From contig JBALDB010000061.1 of assembly GCA_036918135.1 (NCBI GenBank), positions 1 through 42,398 on the forward strand: a stretch of DNA of 42,398 nucleotides, written 5' to 3'. The DNA comes from Nostoc sp. Lineage in GTDB: Bacteria; Cyanobacteriota; Cyanobacteriia; Cyanobacteriales; Nostocaceae. Position numbers and translations under genes: made by a program. Shown here piece by piece: positions 29,749 through 39,478 of the stretch. The notes under the pieces are model-generated. The model was not told the origin of the DNA, made no database searches, and worked only from the letters and a program-made list of their open reading frames with translations. Within the stretch, counting starts at the first letter, position 1. Every line of letters begins with the position of its first letter.

Positions 29749-30207
29749 TCAGTTTGCTGATGGTTGAGTTCCAATATTGCCAATGGATGGTTCGGTGTAT
29801 TCGCAAAAAATATTCAAGCCAATTTTGAGGATATATAAAACAATAACAGTTGCGATCGCTGGATCGATTGCCAAACCGTGTGCTGTCGCTACACCAACAA
29901 GAGAGATAATCAAGCCTGTCAGCAAGCGTGAACTCCCTGGATTCTTCGTGTAATCTTTGAGTTGACCGCGAAAACCCTCATCGCCACAGAGTTCTTCACG
30001 CAATACCTTTAGTGTTACTTGCCAAAGTGATTTACGCTGCTGCATCAACGGTTTCCCATTTTTTTCTATCCATAAATCCTCAAAAGCGGTTTCAACTTTG
30101 CCATTGTGTTTTTCTAAATGATTCAAAGCCTCTTGTGCAGGGTCGTAATCTTGTAAAATCTCCCGTGCAGCATTCATTTCTGTAAAACTTAATTGAGCAT
30201 CTATCAT
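29749..30207 (-). CDS. Hypothetical protein with C-terminal hydrophobic helices
   Basis: 152-aa ORF with an AAGGA RBS and two hydrophobic segments near the C-terminus. Confidence 0.75.
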   Translation of the reverse strand: MIDAQLSFTEMNAAREILQDYDPAQEALNHLEKHNGKVETAFEDLWIEKNGKPLMQQRKSLWQVTLKVLREELCGDEGFRGQLKDYTKNPGSSRLLTGLIISLVGVATAHGLAIDPAIATVIVLYILKIGLNIFCEYTEPSIGNIGTQPSAN

Positions 30208-30339
30208 TTCATTTATCCTTAGTCTTTAGTTATTAGTCATTAGTCATTAGTTATTCTTCCTCATCTCCCCACACTCCCCATCTCCCCCCAAGTCCCAAAC
30301 TACGTCAAAATTTAAATAAATGCGATCGCACCTACCCAA

Positions 30340-30699
30340 ATGCAGATTACCCAAAGTCTCCACACAGCAATTCTCGTAACTGACTTAGAACGTTCTGAAC
30401 ACTTTTATGGCGAAGTCTTAGGATTAGCCAAAATAGATCGTTCGTTGAAATACGCTGGTGCATGGTATCAAATCGGCAACTATCAAATTCACCTAATAGT
30501 TGCGCCTACAGTCCCCACCGAAAACCCAAACGAAAAATGGGGACGTAACCCTCACTTCGCTTTCTCTGTTGCTGACTTGGACGCCGCCAAACAAGAGTTG
30601 CTTAATCATAATTATCCCATTCAACCAAGCGCCTCAGGTCGCCCTGCTTTGTTTACTCAAGATCCAGATGGCAATATCGTCGAACTGAGTCAGCAGTGA
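30340..30699 (+). CDS. VOC/glyoxalase family protein
   Basis: LHTAILVTDLERS..FY..VLG, HFAF.V.D, DPDGNIVEL. Confidence 0.93.
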   Translation: MQITQSLHTAILVTDLERSEHFYGEVLGLAKIDRSLKYAGAWYQIGNYQIHLIVAPTVPTENPNEKWGRNPHFAFSVADLDAAKQELLNHNYPIQPSASGRPALFTQDPDGNIVELSQQ

Positions 30700-30768
30700 G
30701 CCAGAGTGGAGCAGATGAGAGTAGGGAAGTAGCTATAATATAGCAAATTGGTATAAATAAGACTCGTG

Positions 30769-31038
30769 AATGAGTCTTTGATACTCATTAATCCACCTCA
30801 GAACTCCATTAATGAGTCTTTGATACTCGTTAATCCACCTCAGAACTCCATTAACGAGTCTTTGATACTCATTAATGCACCTTGGAACTCCATTAATGAG
30901 TTTTTGATACTCGTTAATCCACCTCAGAACTCCATTAACGAGTCTTTGATACTCATTAATCCACCTCGGAACTCCATTAACGAGTTTTTGATACTCATTA
31001 ATGCACCTTGGAACTCCATTAATGAGTCTTTGATACTC
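30769..31038. repeat. 42-bp tandem array (about 6.4 copies) with palindromic core
   Basis: Units start at 30769, 30811, 30853, 30895, 30937, 30979 and 31021. Consensus core ATTAATGAGT-CTTTGAT-ACTCATTAAT plus a 15-bp linker. Confidence 0.95.
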
Positions 31039-31063
31039 GCCAACAAGTATAAAATGATAAATG

Positions 31064-31181
31064 ATATTATGTCCGGCAAATTACTTATTACATGTCATTG
31101 CGAACGAAGTGAAGCAATCACAAGGCCTCTGCGATTGCTTCACTTCGTTCGCAATGACAAGTGTTTAACCGGACATGATAT
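31064..31181. mobile_element. MITE-like element with internal perfect 27-bp hairpin
   Basis: Ends ATATTATGTCCGG / CCGGACATGATAT (12/13 inverted). Internal TGTCATTGCGAACGAAGTGAAGCAATC (31093-31119) is inverted at 31133-31159. Confidence 0.8.
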
Positions 31182-31214
31182 GACCAATGACCAATGACAA
31201 ATGACCAATGACAA

Positions 31215-32531
31215 ATGAAAATAATTGCCTACTCTTACACCGATCCTCTACTAGAATCTTCTCCCGATGAAAGCAGTTGGGGATGGGAAGTTGATGGAGT
31301 TTATCAGGATTTGGGCAAGGGAGAGTCCTCTGGAGGTGCTAGACGATCGCAATTACAAAAATTACTCGCAGATTGCCAAACTCAAGGTGTAGATTATCTG
31401 TTAATTCGTCGCTTGGAAGAATTGGGGGATACTGTAGAGGAAGTAAGCGATCGCCTTCATCAACTCGAAGCAATGGGAGTGGTGGTAATCGCTACTGAAC
31501 AACCCTACACCTCAGAAAATTCTTCTCTACGAACTGAGTTACTGAATTTACTACATGCTATCCAACGCGAACAACGCAGTCGTCGCATCCGTCAAGGACA
31601 TGCCCGTAATCGTCTCGACGCTGCACCCCCACCCGGTAAAGTTCCCTACGGCTACCGCAGAGGTAAGAGTAAGTATACCATTGACCGCAGCACTTCACCG
31701 GTGGTCAAGGATTTTTTTGACAATTTTTTACTTTATGGTTCTTTGCGGGGTTCAGTCCGCTACTTAGCGAAAAAATACAGTAAGAAAATCTCTGTTACCA
31801 CTGGGCGACGCTGGTTGACTAATCCAGTTTATCGCGGCAATACAGCTTACCAAAATGGTGAAATTATCTCCAATACCCATATTCCAATAATTTCCAAGGA
31901 AGAAGCTGCCCAAGTTGACCGACTTTTACGCCGTAACAGCCGTTTACCATCCCGCACTGCGAGTGCGCCGCGTTCTTTAGCTGGATTGGTTGTTTGTGGT
32001 GAGTGTCAATCGCATCTAACAGTTACGCGTGTCACCCAACGCAACCAAGACAATGAGTATCTGTATTTACGTTGTATTAGCTGTCCCCGACGCCCCAAGT
32101 GTGCGGCTATTCCTTACCAAGAGGTTTTAGAACAAACAATTGAAACAGTTTGCCGCGACTTACCCTTAGCTGTAGCCGGAATGAATTTTCCGCAGTTGGA
32201 TGCAGTCAAGAATAGTTTAAGTGAAGCGATCGCTCGTCAGCAAGAAATACTTGCTCAGTTACCCGCATTAATTGAAACCGGAATTTTAGATACCGAAACA
32301 GCGAAGTTAAGAGCTTATAAACTTCGTACAGAAATCTCTACACTCGAAGCCAAATTGGCAATTCTCCCTCCAGTAAATTTGCGTTCTGTTGCTGTTGCTG
32401 TTTCGATTCCCCAATTCTGGTTAGATTTATCTGAAACAGAGCGACGATTTTACTTTCGAGAATTCATTAAACAAATTGAAATTGTTCGCCAAGAGCAAAA
32501 ATGGAACTTGCAAGTTATTTTTATTTTTTAA
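31215..32531 (+). CDS. Large serine recombinase-family protein with degenerate catalytic domain
   Basis: Resolvase-like N-terminus, recombinase domain (PYGY, LTNPVYRG, HIPIIS), zinc ribbon (LAGLVVCGEC...YLRC) and coiled coil. The YxRVS and DRLxR motifs are absent. Confidence 0.85.
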   Translation: MKIIAYSYTDPLLESSPDESSWGWEVDGVYQDLGKGESSGGARRSQLQKLLADCQTQGVDYLLIRRLEELGDTVEEVSDRLHQLEAMGVVVIATEQPYTSENSSLRTELLNLLHAIQREQRSRRIRQGHARNRLDAAPPPGKVPYGYRRGKSKYTIDRSTSPVVKDFFDNFLLYGSLRGSVRYLAKKYSKKISVTTGRRWLTNPVYRGNTAYQNGEIISNTHIPIISKEEAAQVDRLLRRNSRLPSRTASAPRSLAGLVVCGECQSHLTVTRVTQRNQDNEYLYLRCISCPRRPKCAAIPYQEVLEQTIETVCRDLPLAVAGMNFPQLDAVKNSLSEAIARQQEILAQLPALIETGILDTETAKLRAYKLRTEISTLEAKLAILPPVNLRSVAVAVSIPQFWLDLSETERRFYFREFIKQIEIVRQEQKWNLQVIFIF

Positions 32532-32582
32532 TAATTTTGCAGTCATAATTGATGAATTCAAGAGTACTCTCAGACTGATATT

Positions 32583-32742
32583 TATAGCAGGAGGCAGGAG
32601 GCAGGAGGTAGGGGGCAGGGAGCAGGGAGCAGGGAGCAGGGGGCAGGGAGCAGGGAGCAGGGGGCAGGGGGCAGAAGGTAAAACATTACTATTCCTAACA
32701 TCCACGCTTTCAAGATGTCCTAAGCTTTAATTCACTTGCTAT
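32583..32742. repeat. TATAGC...GCTATA MITE-like element containing heptamer STRR (GGGAGCA/GGAGGCA) run
   Basis: Inverted TATAGCA/TGCTATA ends with about 12 heptamers; a related copy lies at 34715-34800. Confidence 0.7.
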
Positions 32743-33073
32743 AGATTTAGAATTTTCTTATGTCTGTAATATTCTCATACTAGTAGTAACAAAAAAACTA
32801 GATTAAAGATTAGACAATGTAGATTTATTTACAGAGTACACAATAAGTATTGAGCCAGTTTTTACACGTATTATTTTTCTCATTTATCTATAGAAATATT
32901 CGTCAAATAATTAAGACAAATTTCTCGAAAAAATAGTTCTAATTATAAAAAATTGAGTTAATCTTGGAAACTAGCAATCGTTAAGAACAGACGTTGTTAC
33001 TGGGTGGCAACATTGGAGATTCGCTCTGGTCTCTATGTAATCGAACCAGCAAGTAAAATGATTACCATAGAAT

Positions 33074-34693
33074 ATGCAAGAAGGAAGCTTTATTTGGGGT
33101 CATCTAGAAAAACAGCAACGCACAGTTGGCAAATGGATTGATTGGGTATGGCTTGTAGTGTTGCTGTTAGCAGCAGTGTTACTGTTTAGCATCAATCTGG
33201 GAGGGTTGCCCCTGCGAGATTGGGATGAAGGTACTGTGGCACAGGTGGCTAGGGAAATTTGGCACGCACCAGCAGGTTCAATGCGCTGGCTTTACCCAAC
33301 GCTAGGAGGCGAACCATACCATAACAAGCCGCCTTTAATGCATTTGTTAATTGCTTGGGCTTATTCTCTAGCAGGTGAGAACGAATTCACGACGCGCTTG
33401 CCTGGAGCAATTTTAACTTCAAGTTCAGTACCTTTACTGTATTGTATTGGTCGAGAATTATTTCGCCAACGTTGGGCAGCTATTTATAGTGCCTTGATTT
33501 ATCTAACAATGCTACCTGTGGTGCGTCATGGACGCTTGGCAATGTTAGATGGGGCGGTGGTCAGTTTTTTGATGGTGATGATGTTGTGCGTATTGCGATC
33601 GCGCCGGGATTTACGTTATTGCCTTGGTGTTGGTATCGGTTTTGGGTTAATTTGCCTGACTCAAGGACTGATGGGCATATTGCTAGGTGCGATCGCCATA
33701 GTATTTTTATTTTGGGATACCCCACGACTACTCACCTGTTACTATCTGTGGATAGCAATCTTGATTGGCATTTTACCTGTGTTTGGTTGGTACAGTGCCC
33801 AACTCATTCACTATGGTTACACTTTCGCCGAAGTTGGGCTGGTAAATTCATCTCTGGGCAGAATTAGCACAGTTGCACAGAGAAATTTTGAACCACCTTG
33901 GTACTATATCATTGAACTTTTCAAGTACACGTGGCCGTGGTTATTATTTTTACCACAAACTGTAAGTTTAACTTGGGAAAATCGCAACCTTAGCTGGGCA
34001 AAACTAGTACTGGCGTGGAGTGGCGTTTATCTGCTAATAATTTCCTTGATGATTATCAAACTTCCCTGGTATGTATTCCCCATTTACCCCAGCTTAGCTT
34101 TAGCTTTTGGTATCCAGTTAGCAGAAACAGAAAATTCACCTTTAGTGTCATCCTATCCCCGTACTTGGGTGGCAGGTTTGGCGATTTTGGCTGTAGTCGC
34201 TTCTGTCGGCAGCATTTATTTTAGTTGGGGTACAACACCGAAAACAGATTTACAGCTAATTTTTGCAGCAGTAGCTTTAACAATGACTTTAGCAGCTATC
34301 TTGGCAGAGCGAGGTGACGGACAATTTCTGAAAATTTTATTCTGGGGAAGTTATATTTCGCTGCTACTGTTAATGAAATCGAATTATTGGGTTTGGGAAT
34401 TATCTGAGGCTTATCCAGTCAAACCAGTAGCCGCGATGATCGTGCGGGCAAATCCAGCAACAAAGAAGATTTACACATCTTTTCCTTACTCTCGTCCCTC
34501 GCTAGATTATTACAGCGATCGCACCATTATTCCTGCTTCTGTTGGTGAACTGCAATATTATTGGCACTACAACGGACAACCCTACTTCCTGCTTCATGCA
34601 TCTGCTTTCACAAATCTTCAACTAGAGTCGATGAAGCTAATCGATCAAGCTGAAGGATGGAAATTAGTTACTAAAGATACGAATCGTTTATAA
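33074..34693 (+). CDS. ArnT/GT39-like polytopic membrane glycosyltransferase
   Basis: LRDWDEG, NKPPL, RLPGA, RLAMLD, PWYY and PWY..PIYP motifs; many TM segments. Confidence 0.9.
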   Translation: MQEGSFIWGHLEKQQRTVGKWIDWVWLVVLLLAAVLLFSINLGGLPLRDWDEGTVAQVAREIWHAPAGSMRWLYPTLGGEPYHNKPPLMHLLIAWAYSLAGENEFTTRLPGAILTSSSVPLLYCIGRELFRQRWAAIYSALIYLTMLPVVRHGRLAMLDGAVVSFLMVMMLCVLRSRRDLRYCLGVGIGFGLICLTQGLMGILLGAIAIVFLFWDTPRLLTCYYLWIAILIGILPVFGWYSAQLIHYGYTFAEVGLVNSSLGRISTVAQRNFEPPWYYIIELFKYTWPWLLFLPQTVSLTWENRNLSWAKLVLAWSGVYLLIISLMIIKLPWYVFPIYPSLALAFGIQLAETENSPLVSSYPRTWVAGLAILAVVASVGSIYFSWGTTPKTDLQLIFAAVALTMTLAAILAERGDGQFLKILFWGSYISLLLLMKSNYWVWELSEAYPVKPVAAMIVRANPATKKIYTSFPYSRPSLDYYSDRTIIPASVGELQYYWHYNGQPYFLLHASAFTNLQLESMKLIDQAEGWKLVTKDTNRL

Positions 34694-34897
34694 GTATGGA
34701 GGCACTGAGAGTACTATAGGAAGAGGCAGGAGGTAAAACTATTACTGTTGCTAGCATTCACGCTTGTCATTATGTCCTAAAGGGTGTGACTACGGCTATA
34801 AGTTAGAAGTTAAGATTTATTATTGTTCAGCTCCCCGACTTTTGGTAGAAAGTTGGAGAGCTAACTTTTGATGAATGATTTAGTAGGGCTAGATACA

Positions 34898-35003
34898 ATA
34901 TCATGTCCAGTTGAATATTTATGATATCTCTAAGGGTCGGTAATGGGTAAACCTTCAATTACCAATTACCAATATATTGTAAGTAATTAGCCGAACTTGA
35001 TAT
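34898..35003. mobile_element. Degenerate MITE, same end family as 31064-31181
   Basis: Ends ATATCATGTCCAG / CCGAACTTGATAT; the interior has GGTAATG/CAATTAC heptamers. Confidence 0.6.
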
Positions 35004-35122
35004 GAGAGAGTATTCTATTTGTTGGACAAAATAGAATACTCTTTTGTATCAATCAATATTATTGATTGCAAAATTACAGACAGTAAAGTAAAATTTGATT
35101 GACCATAGAAAGTAGACCCAGA

Positions 35123-35506
35123 TTATGGTAATCTTTCCCCTGGTTTTTTAATTTGCTCTGTAGGAAACACTTGGCGATCGGAGTTCGTAGTTTCCTGTGT
35201 AATAGCAATCATACTAAAAAAAATCGCACTTCCTACAGCAAAAGCCACCATAGGACGCTTGAGCAGGACAAAATCCCTAACAATTCTAGCCAAAGGTCGA
35301 CTTTGACGACGTAGTGCCGAAGACATCATCATTTGTCTACAAATAAACGGATCGCGGACGTAATGACCGCTTTGGCAAACTACTAGCCGTTCTTGGCAAT
35401 AGGGACAACAAAATAGACCAATACGCTTTTTAATTGGTTTGGGTGTGCCATTTCTTTGGCAAATTGGGCAAGTAACATAATGATTATCAAATGTGTGTAT
35501 ATTCAT
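35123..35506 (-). CDS. Hypothetical zinc-ribbon membrane protein
   Basis: CPIC...CPYC pairs and one C-terminal hydrophobic helix. Confidence 0.8.
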   Translation of the reverse strand: MNIHTFDNHYVTCPICQRNGTPKPIKKRIGLFCCPYCQERLVVCQSGHYVRDPFICRQMMMSSALRRQSRPLARIVRDFVLLKRPMVAFAVGSAIFFSMIAITQETTNSDRQVFPTEQIKKPGERLP

Positions 35507-35961
35507 TTACTCGCTCTATAGGAATAGCTATATTGAATTGGGGTCAACTAACAGACTTCTAAATCTAATTTAATATCAATGCTAAATCACACATACATTG
35601 TATTACTACCAAGGATGGGTCAATGGTCGCAACACGAGTATAGCTAGATTTAACCGAAAATGACTTTTCATTAATGCTTGTGGCTCACAGTACCTATGTT
35701 GTCTCTAGAGACAATAGCGTTGAGGCTCACTCCTACTCCATCAGCATAGGCTAGCAAAAACCATAGGCATCGCTGACCCCTAAATAATAATTGTCTCCCA
35801 TTTAACAGTTCTCACCACAAAAATTTGCATAGAGAGATTTTTTGCTAAAGCTTTGTGAATCGAGCAAATAAAGTCTACTTGTCTGGTTGCTAAATAATGG
35901 CTCACAATGAGAAGTAACAGATAAAAATTTAAATTTTTTCTTACATTTACCCCGCCTCTCA

Positions 35962-37836
35962 ATGACTCTCTGGCCTCCCACTCAACTGAGGAAGGTAACG
36001 GAACAACCTGCCTTTCCTATACCTTCTGCCCGCTTAGCTCACTTAATAAACCGTTTTCAACCATCTCCAGAAACCGTTGTGCTATTTTTAGCCATGCTAA
36101 TTGGCGGTGGCACTGGTATGGGTATAGTTACCTTTCACTATTTGATCGAGCTAATTCATCATTTAATGCTAGAAAATTTGATGGGTCAGATCGGCGTCTG
36201 GGGTGCTTGGACTCTAGCTTGCGTTCCTACTCTTGGGGGATTAATTGTTGGCTTGATGCGCTGGCGTACCCAAGACTTTGGCCCTGAACTTTCATCTCTC
36301 ATCGCCGCTTCTCAAGAAACAGAAATCAGGCGACCACTACGACCAGTTACCAAAATGCTAGCCGCATCTGTTTCTTTGGGAAGCGGTGCTTCTTTAGGGC
36401 CAGAGGGGCCAAGTGTAGAAATTGGTGCAAATTTTGGCATGTTGTTGTCTGTGATTTTAAATGTATCTCAGGAACGACGACGTTTACTGTTGGGTGCTGG
36501 CGCTGCTGCTGGATTAGCGGCTGGGTTTAATGCTCCGATTGCAGGAGTATTTTTTGCCTTAGAGGTGGTGATGGGAGCTACATCTTTTGCTACTTCTGCT
36601 GTCAGTGTGGTGCTGCTAGCGGCAGTGGTAGCAGCATTAATTGCTCAAATTGGTTTGGGGGCACAACCTGCTTTTGATTTACCTGCTTACCAAGTCCGGA
36701 GTCCTTTAGAATTACCCCTTTATCTTGGCTTAGGTTTAGGGGCTAGCCTGATTTCTCTAACTTATACTCAATCAATTCGTTTGGCTAAAGCCTGCTTTGC
36801 TGGTAAGGTTCCAGGCTTTCAATTTTTGGGACAAATTCCTCAGCCAATTCATCCAATTATTGGCGGTGTGATTGTTGGTGCAGTTGCTTTACACTTCCCG
36901 CAAATTCTGGGCGTTGGTTATGAAACTGTGGAAGCAATGCTTCAGGATGTCAAGTTTTCACTGTACCTGTTAGTTGTACTGTTGGTGGTGAAGCTACTAA
37001 TGACTGCAATTAGTGCAGGTAGTGGTTTTATCGGCGGTTTATTTGCACCAGCTATGTTTCTAGGTGCTTCTTTTGGTTCGGCTTACGCCAAAATTTTAGC
37101 TGTAGTATTCCCAGCAATCTGCGATCAGATGGCAGCTCCTCCAGCTTATGCAATGGTTGGGATGGCAGCAATGTTAGCAGCGAGTGTTAGGGCACCGTTA
37201 ACGGCTATTTTAATGCTGTTTGAATTAACCCGCGACTACCGCATTGTTTTACCGCTAATGGCTGCTGTCGGTTTGAGTGTTTGGTTAGTAGAAAGGATTA
37301 AACCGACTTTTAACTCTAACTCTAATCTACAGCAAATTGGTCTTTCTGAATTGAAAGATGAACGAGCAGAAATTGTGCAGCAAATATTCGTAGAAGATGC
37401 GATGCACCCTTGTCCAAAAAAGTTATCAGCAACCCTTAGTGTGTTAGAAGCAGCTGTGGAAATGATTCGCGATCGCACACGAAGTGCTTTAGTAATCGAT
37501 CCAGCAGAACAATTAGTTGGTATCGTTTCTCTAGAAGATATTAATCGTGCCCTTGCTCTTTGGCAAACTTACCCAAATTCACCAACTGAAATTTCAGATA
37601 ATTTATCTAGTCAAACACTCATAGACATTTGTACTACTGAAATTCTCTATGCATGGCAGGATGAACTATTATCTGAAGCTTTAGACCGCATGAGTGTTCG
37701 AGGTTTGCATCAATTACCAGTGGTATCACGAGACAAACCCGATCGCATTTTAGGTTTACTAGAAAAAGAGCAAATTGCATTAACATGCAATTTAGCAGTT
37801 ACGCGCAAGGCACTGCGTCACTATTTACCATATTAG
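35962..37836 (+). CDS. ClC-family chloride channel/antiporter with CBS domains
   Basis: GPEGP, AGFNAPIAG, GGLFAP, RAPLT..FELT.DY and a C-terminal CBS pair. Confidence 0.95.
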   Translation: MTLWPPTQLRKVTEQPAFPIPSARLAHLINRFQPSPETVVLFLAMLIGGGTGMGIVTFHYLIELIHHLMLENLMGQIGVWGAWTLACVPTLGGLIVGLMRWRTQDFGPELSSLIAASQETEIRRPLRPVTKMLAASVSLGSGASLGPEGPSVEIGANFGMLLSVILNVSQERRRLLLGAGAAAGLAAGFNAPIAGVFFALEVVMGATSFATSAVSVVLLAAVVAALIAQIGLGAQPAFDLPAYQVRSPLELPLYLGLGLGASLISLTYTQSIRLAKACFAGKVPGFQFLGQIPQPIHPIIGGVIVGAVALHFPQILGVGYETVEAMLQDVKFSLYLLVVLLVVKLLMTAISAGSGFIGGLFAPAMFLGASFGSAYAKILAVVFPAICDQMAAPPAYAMVGMAAMLAASVRAPLTAILMLFELTRDYRIVLPLMAAVGLSVWLVERIKPTFNSNSNLQQIGLSELKDERAEIVQQIFVEDAMHPCPKKLSATLSVLEAAVEMIRDRTRSALVIDPAEQLVGIVSLEDINRALALWQTYPNSPTEISDNLSSQTLIDICTTEILYAWQDELLSEALDRMSVRGLHQLPVVSRDKPDRILGLLEKEQIALTCNLAVTRKALRHYLPY

Positions 37837-37994
37837 TCATTAGTCATTAGTCATTGGTCATTAGGTTTCACATATGACTAATGACAAAAAACAAAGCACA
37901 AAGTCATGACTCGGAGGTTTCCGAGTATCAGAACTTTCTGATCAAGGATGAAGAACAAAGGACTAATGACTATTGACTAATGACTATTTATTTA

Positions 37995-38411
37995 TTAAGC
38001 CGTGGCTTCTAGAACTTCATCATCTTCCCTATCTTCTGGATCTACCTGTCTCAAACGAATGTGCTTTTTACCTAAAGTGATGATAAACTCATCTCCTGGT
38101 TTAAGATTCATCTGTTTTGTATAAGCTGAACCTATAAGCAAATTACCATTGGATTGCACGCTAATCCGATAGCTAGCACTACGTCCACCACGCCCATTAG
38201 CACTGGGTGTACTGTCCAACTGAATGCCTTCAGCATCGATTAGGGCATTTAAGAACTTCATCATATTGACGCGCTCTATACCATTTTTGGTAACGGTATA
38301 GTAGCCGCACTTCTTGGCTTTGTCTTCCTTGCTCTCGTTCTCTAGCTCTTTGACTTTTTTGAGCAGTTCTTCACCGACTAGGGGTTCAATTTTTTTCTGT
38401 TTAGGCATCAA
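37995..38411 (-). CDS. Cyanobacterial AbrB-like regulator (probably cyAbrB2/CalB clade)
   Basis: CGYYTVTKNG, FLNALIDAEG, GRSASYRISVQSNGNLLIGSAYT, LGKKHIRL. Confidence 0.92.
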   Translation of the reverse strand: MMPKQKKIEPLVGEELLKKVKELENESKEDKAKKCGYYTVTKNGIERVNMMKFLNALIDAEGIQLDSTPSANGRGGRSASYRISVQSNGNLLIGSAYTKQMNLKPGDEFIITLGKKHIRLRQVDPEDREDDEVLEATA

Positions 38412-38975
38412 CTTAGGTCGAAAACGAATGTTTGAAGTGTTTGAATCGATTTTATTTTAGCTGAGGTTGAGCTAATAGGAAGATAATCCTTTAGTTTTTA
38501 TCTCAACATAGCCAAGTATATTACACTCATAGCCAGAATTGTTATGCAATTACTAAATATTTTCTAGACAATTTATTTTCTAGAATGCTGGCAATGCTGA
38601 TAACTATATATATAGTTTGTAAATTACTGCTAAACTATATTTGTTTAAGTTTTCTAAACTAACCTTGAAAAGGTTGTTTCGTTATTGAGGATAATAACTG
38701 AGTTACAGAATGATAAGCAAAACTGATTTTTGGTCATTAGCCATTGGTCACTTGTGCTGAGCGTTCGCGCAGCCGCGACCTTAGGAGAAGCCATTGGCGC
38801 AGCCTCTCGTAGAGAAGCATTGGTCTTTACAAATGACAAACAACAAAGGGCAAAGTCAAAAACTTAGGCTTCTTTAGATCCGAACTTTGCAGGAGAGGAT
38901 AAAAGATAAAGCGCAAAGTCAAAGCGTTCACTTTTGGCGGTCTGAACTTTGTAAGAAAGGACAAAGCTTACTTGA

Positions 38976-39419
38976 ATGAAACTAACTACCAGAGGACATT
39001 ACAGTGTAAAGGCATTGCTAGATTTGAGTTTACAGCCAAGATATGGGCCTGTATCTGTAAAAGCGATCGCCAAACGCCAAGAGATCCCAGCTCCTTATCT
39101 TGAAAAACTACTAATAGAAATGCGTCGTGCTGGGTTAGTGAAATCAATTCGTGGTAGCATCGGTGGATACCAATTGGCAAGAGAACCTGCACAAATATCT
39201 ATAGGACAAATTTTAGAAGCAGTCGGCGAGAGCATTACTCATTTACCTGCTCACACTCCAGCACCTGCACAAGCTGAAGATTGGGTAACATTTACTCTTT
39301 GGCAAAGGCTCAATCAAAAGCTCAAAGAAGCTTTATACAATATTACTCTGGCAGACCTTTATTATGATGCTCGTAGTTGGCAAGCTTCCCTTGGGGAAGA
39401 AGCTAGTTTTGTGGTTTAG
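38976..39419 (+). CDS. Rrf2-family transcriptional regulator
   Basis: MKLTTRGHY, YLEKLL..RRAGLVKSIRG..GGYQLA; no Fe-S cysteines. Confidence 0.93.
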   Translation: MKLTTRGHYSVKALLDLSLQPRYGPVSVKAIAKRQEIPAPYLEKLLIEMRRAGLVKSIRGSIGGYQLAREPAQISIGQILEAVGESITHLPAHTPAPAQAEDWVTFTLWQRLNQKLKEALYNITLADLYYDARSWQASLGEEASFVV

Positions 39420-39478
39420 TCATTGAGTATAGGGTATTGAACATTGGTTATTGTTAACTAATAAATGACTAATGACTA

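Noticed and set aside
30769..31038. CRISPR array
   Set aside because: The 15-bp linkers are short and near-identical rather than unique spacers, and no cas genes are in the window.
30766..31197. 143-aa ORF (INESLILINPPQNS repeats)
   Set aside because: It is a read-through of the tandem array, MITE and STRR, with no recognisable domain or RBS.
31215..32531. XisF-like heterocyst excision element or prophage integrase
   Set aside because: Catalytic motifs are missing, no interrupted gene or att pair is visible nearby, and there are no phage genes.
32427..32730. ORFs 32427-32705 (-) and 32476-32730 (+)
   Set aside because: They are low-complexity translations of the heptamer STRR run.
35560..35800. 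Possible ncRNA or riboswitch upstream of the ClC gene
   Set aside because: Only a short palindrome (TTGTCTCTAGAGACAA) was seen and no fluoride-riboswitch or other consensus was recognised; an Rfam/Infernal search would be needed.
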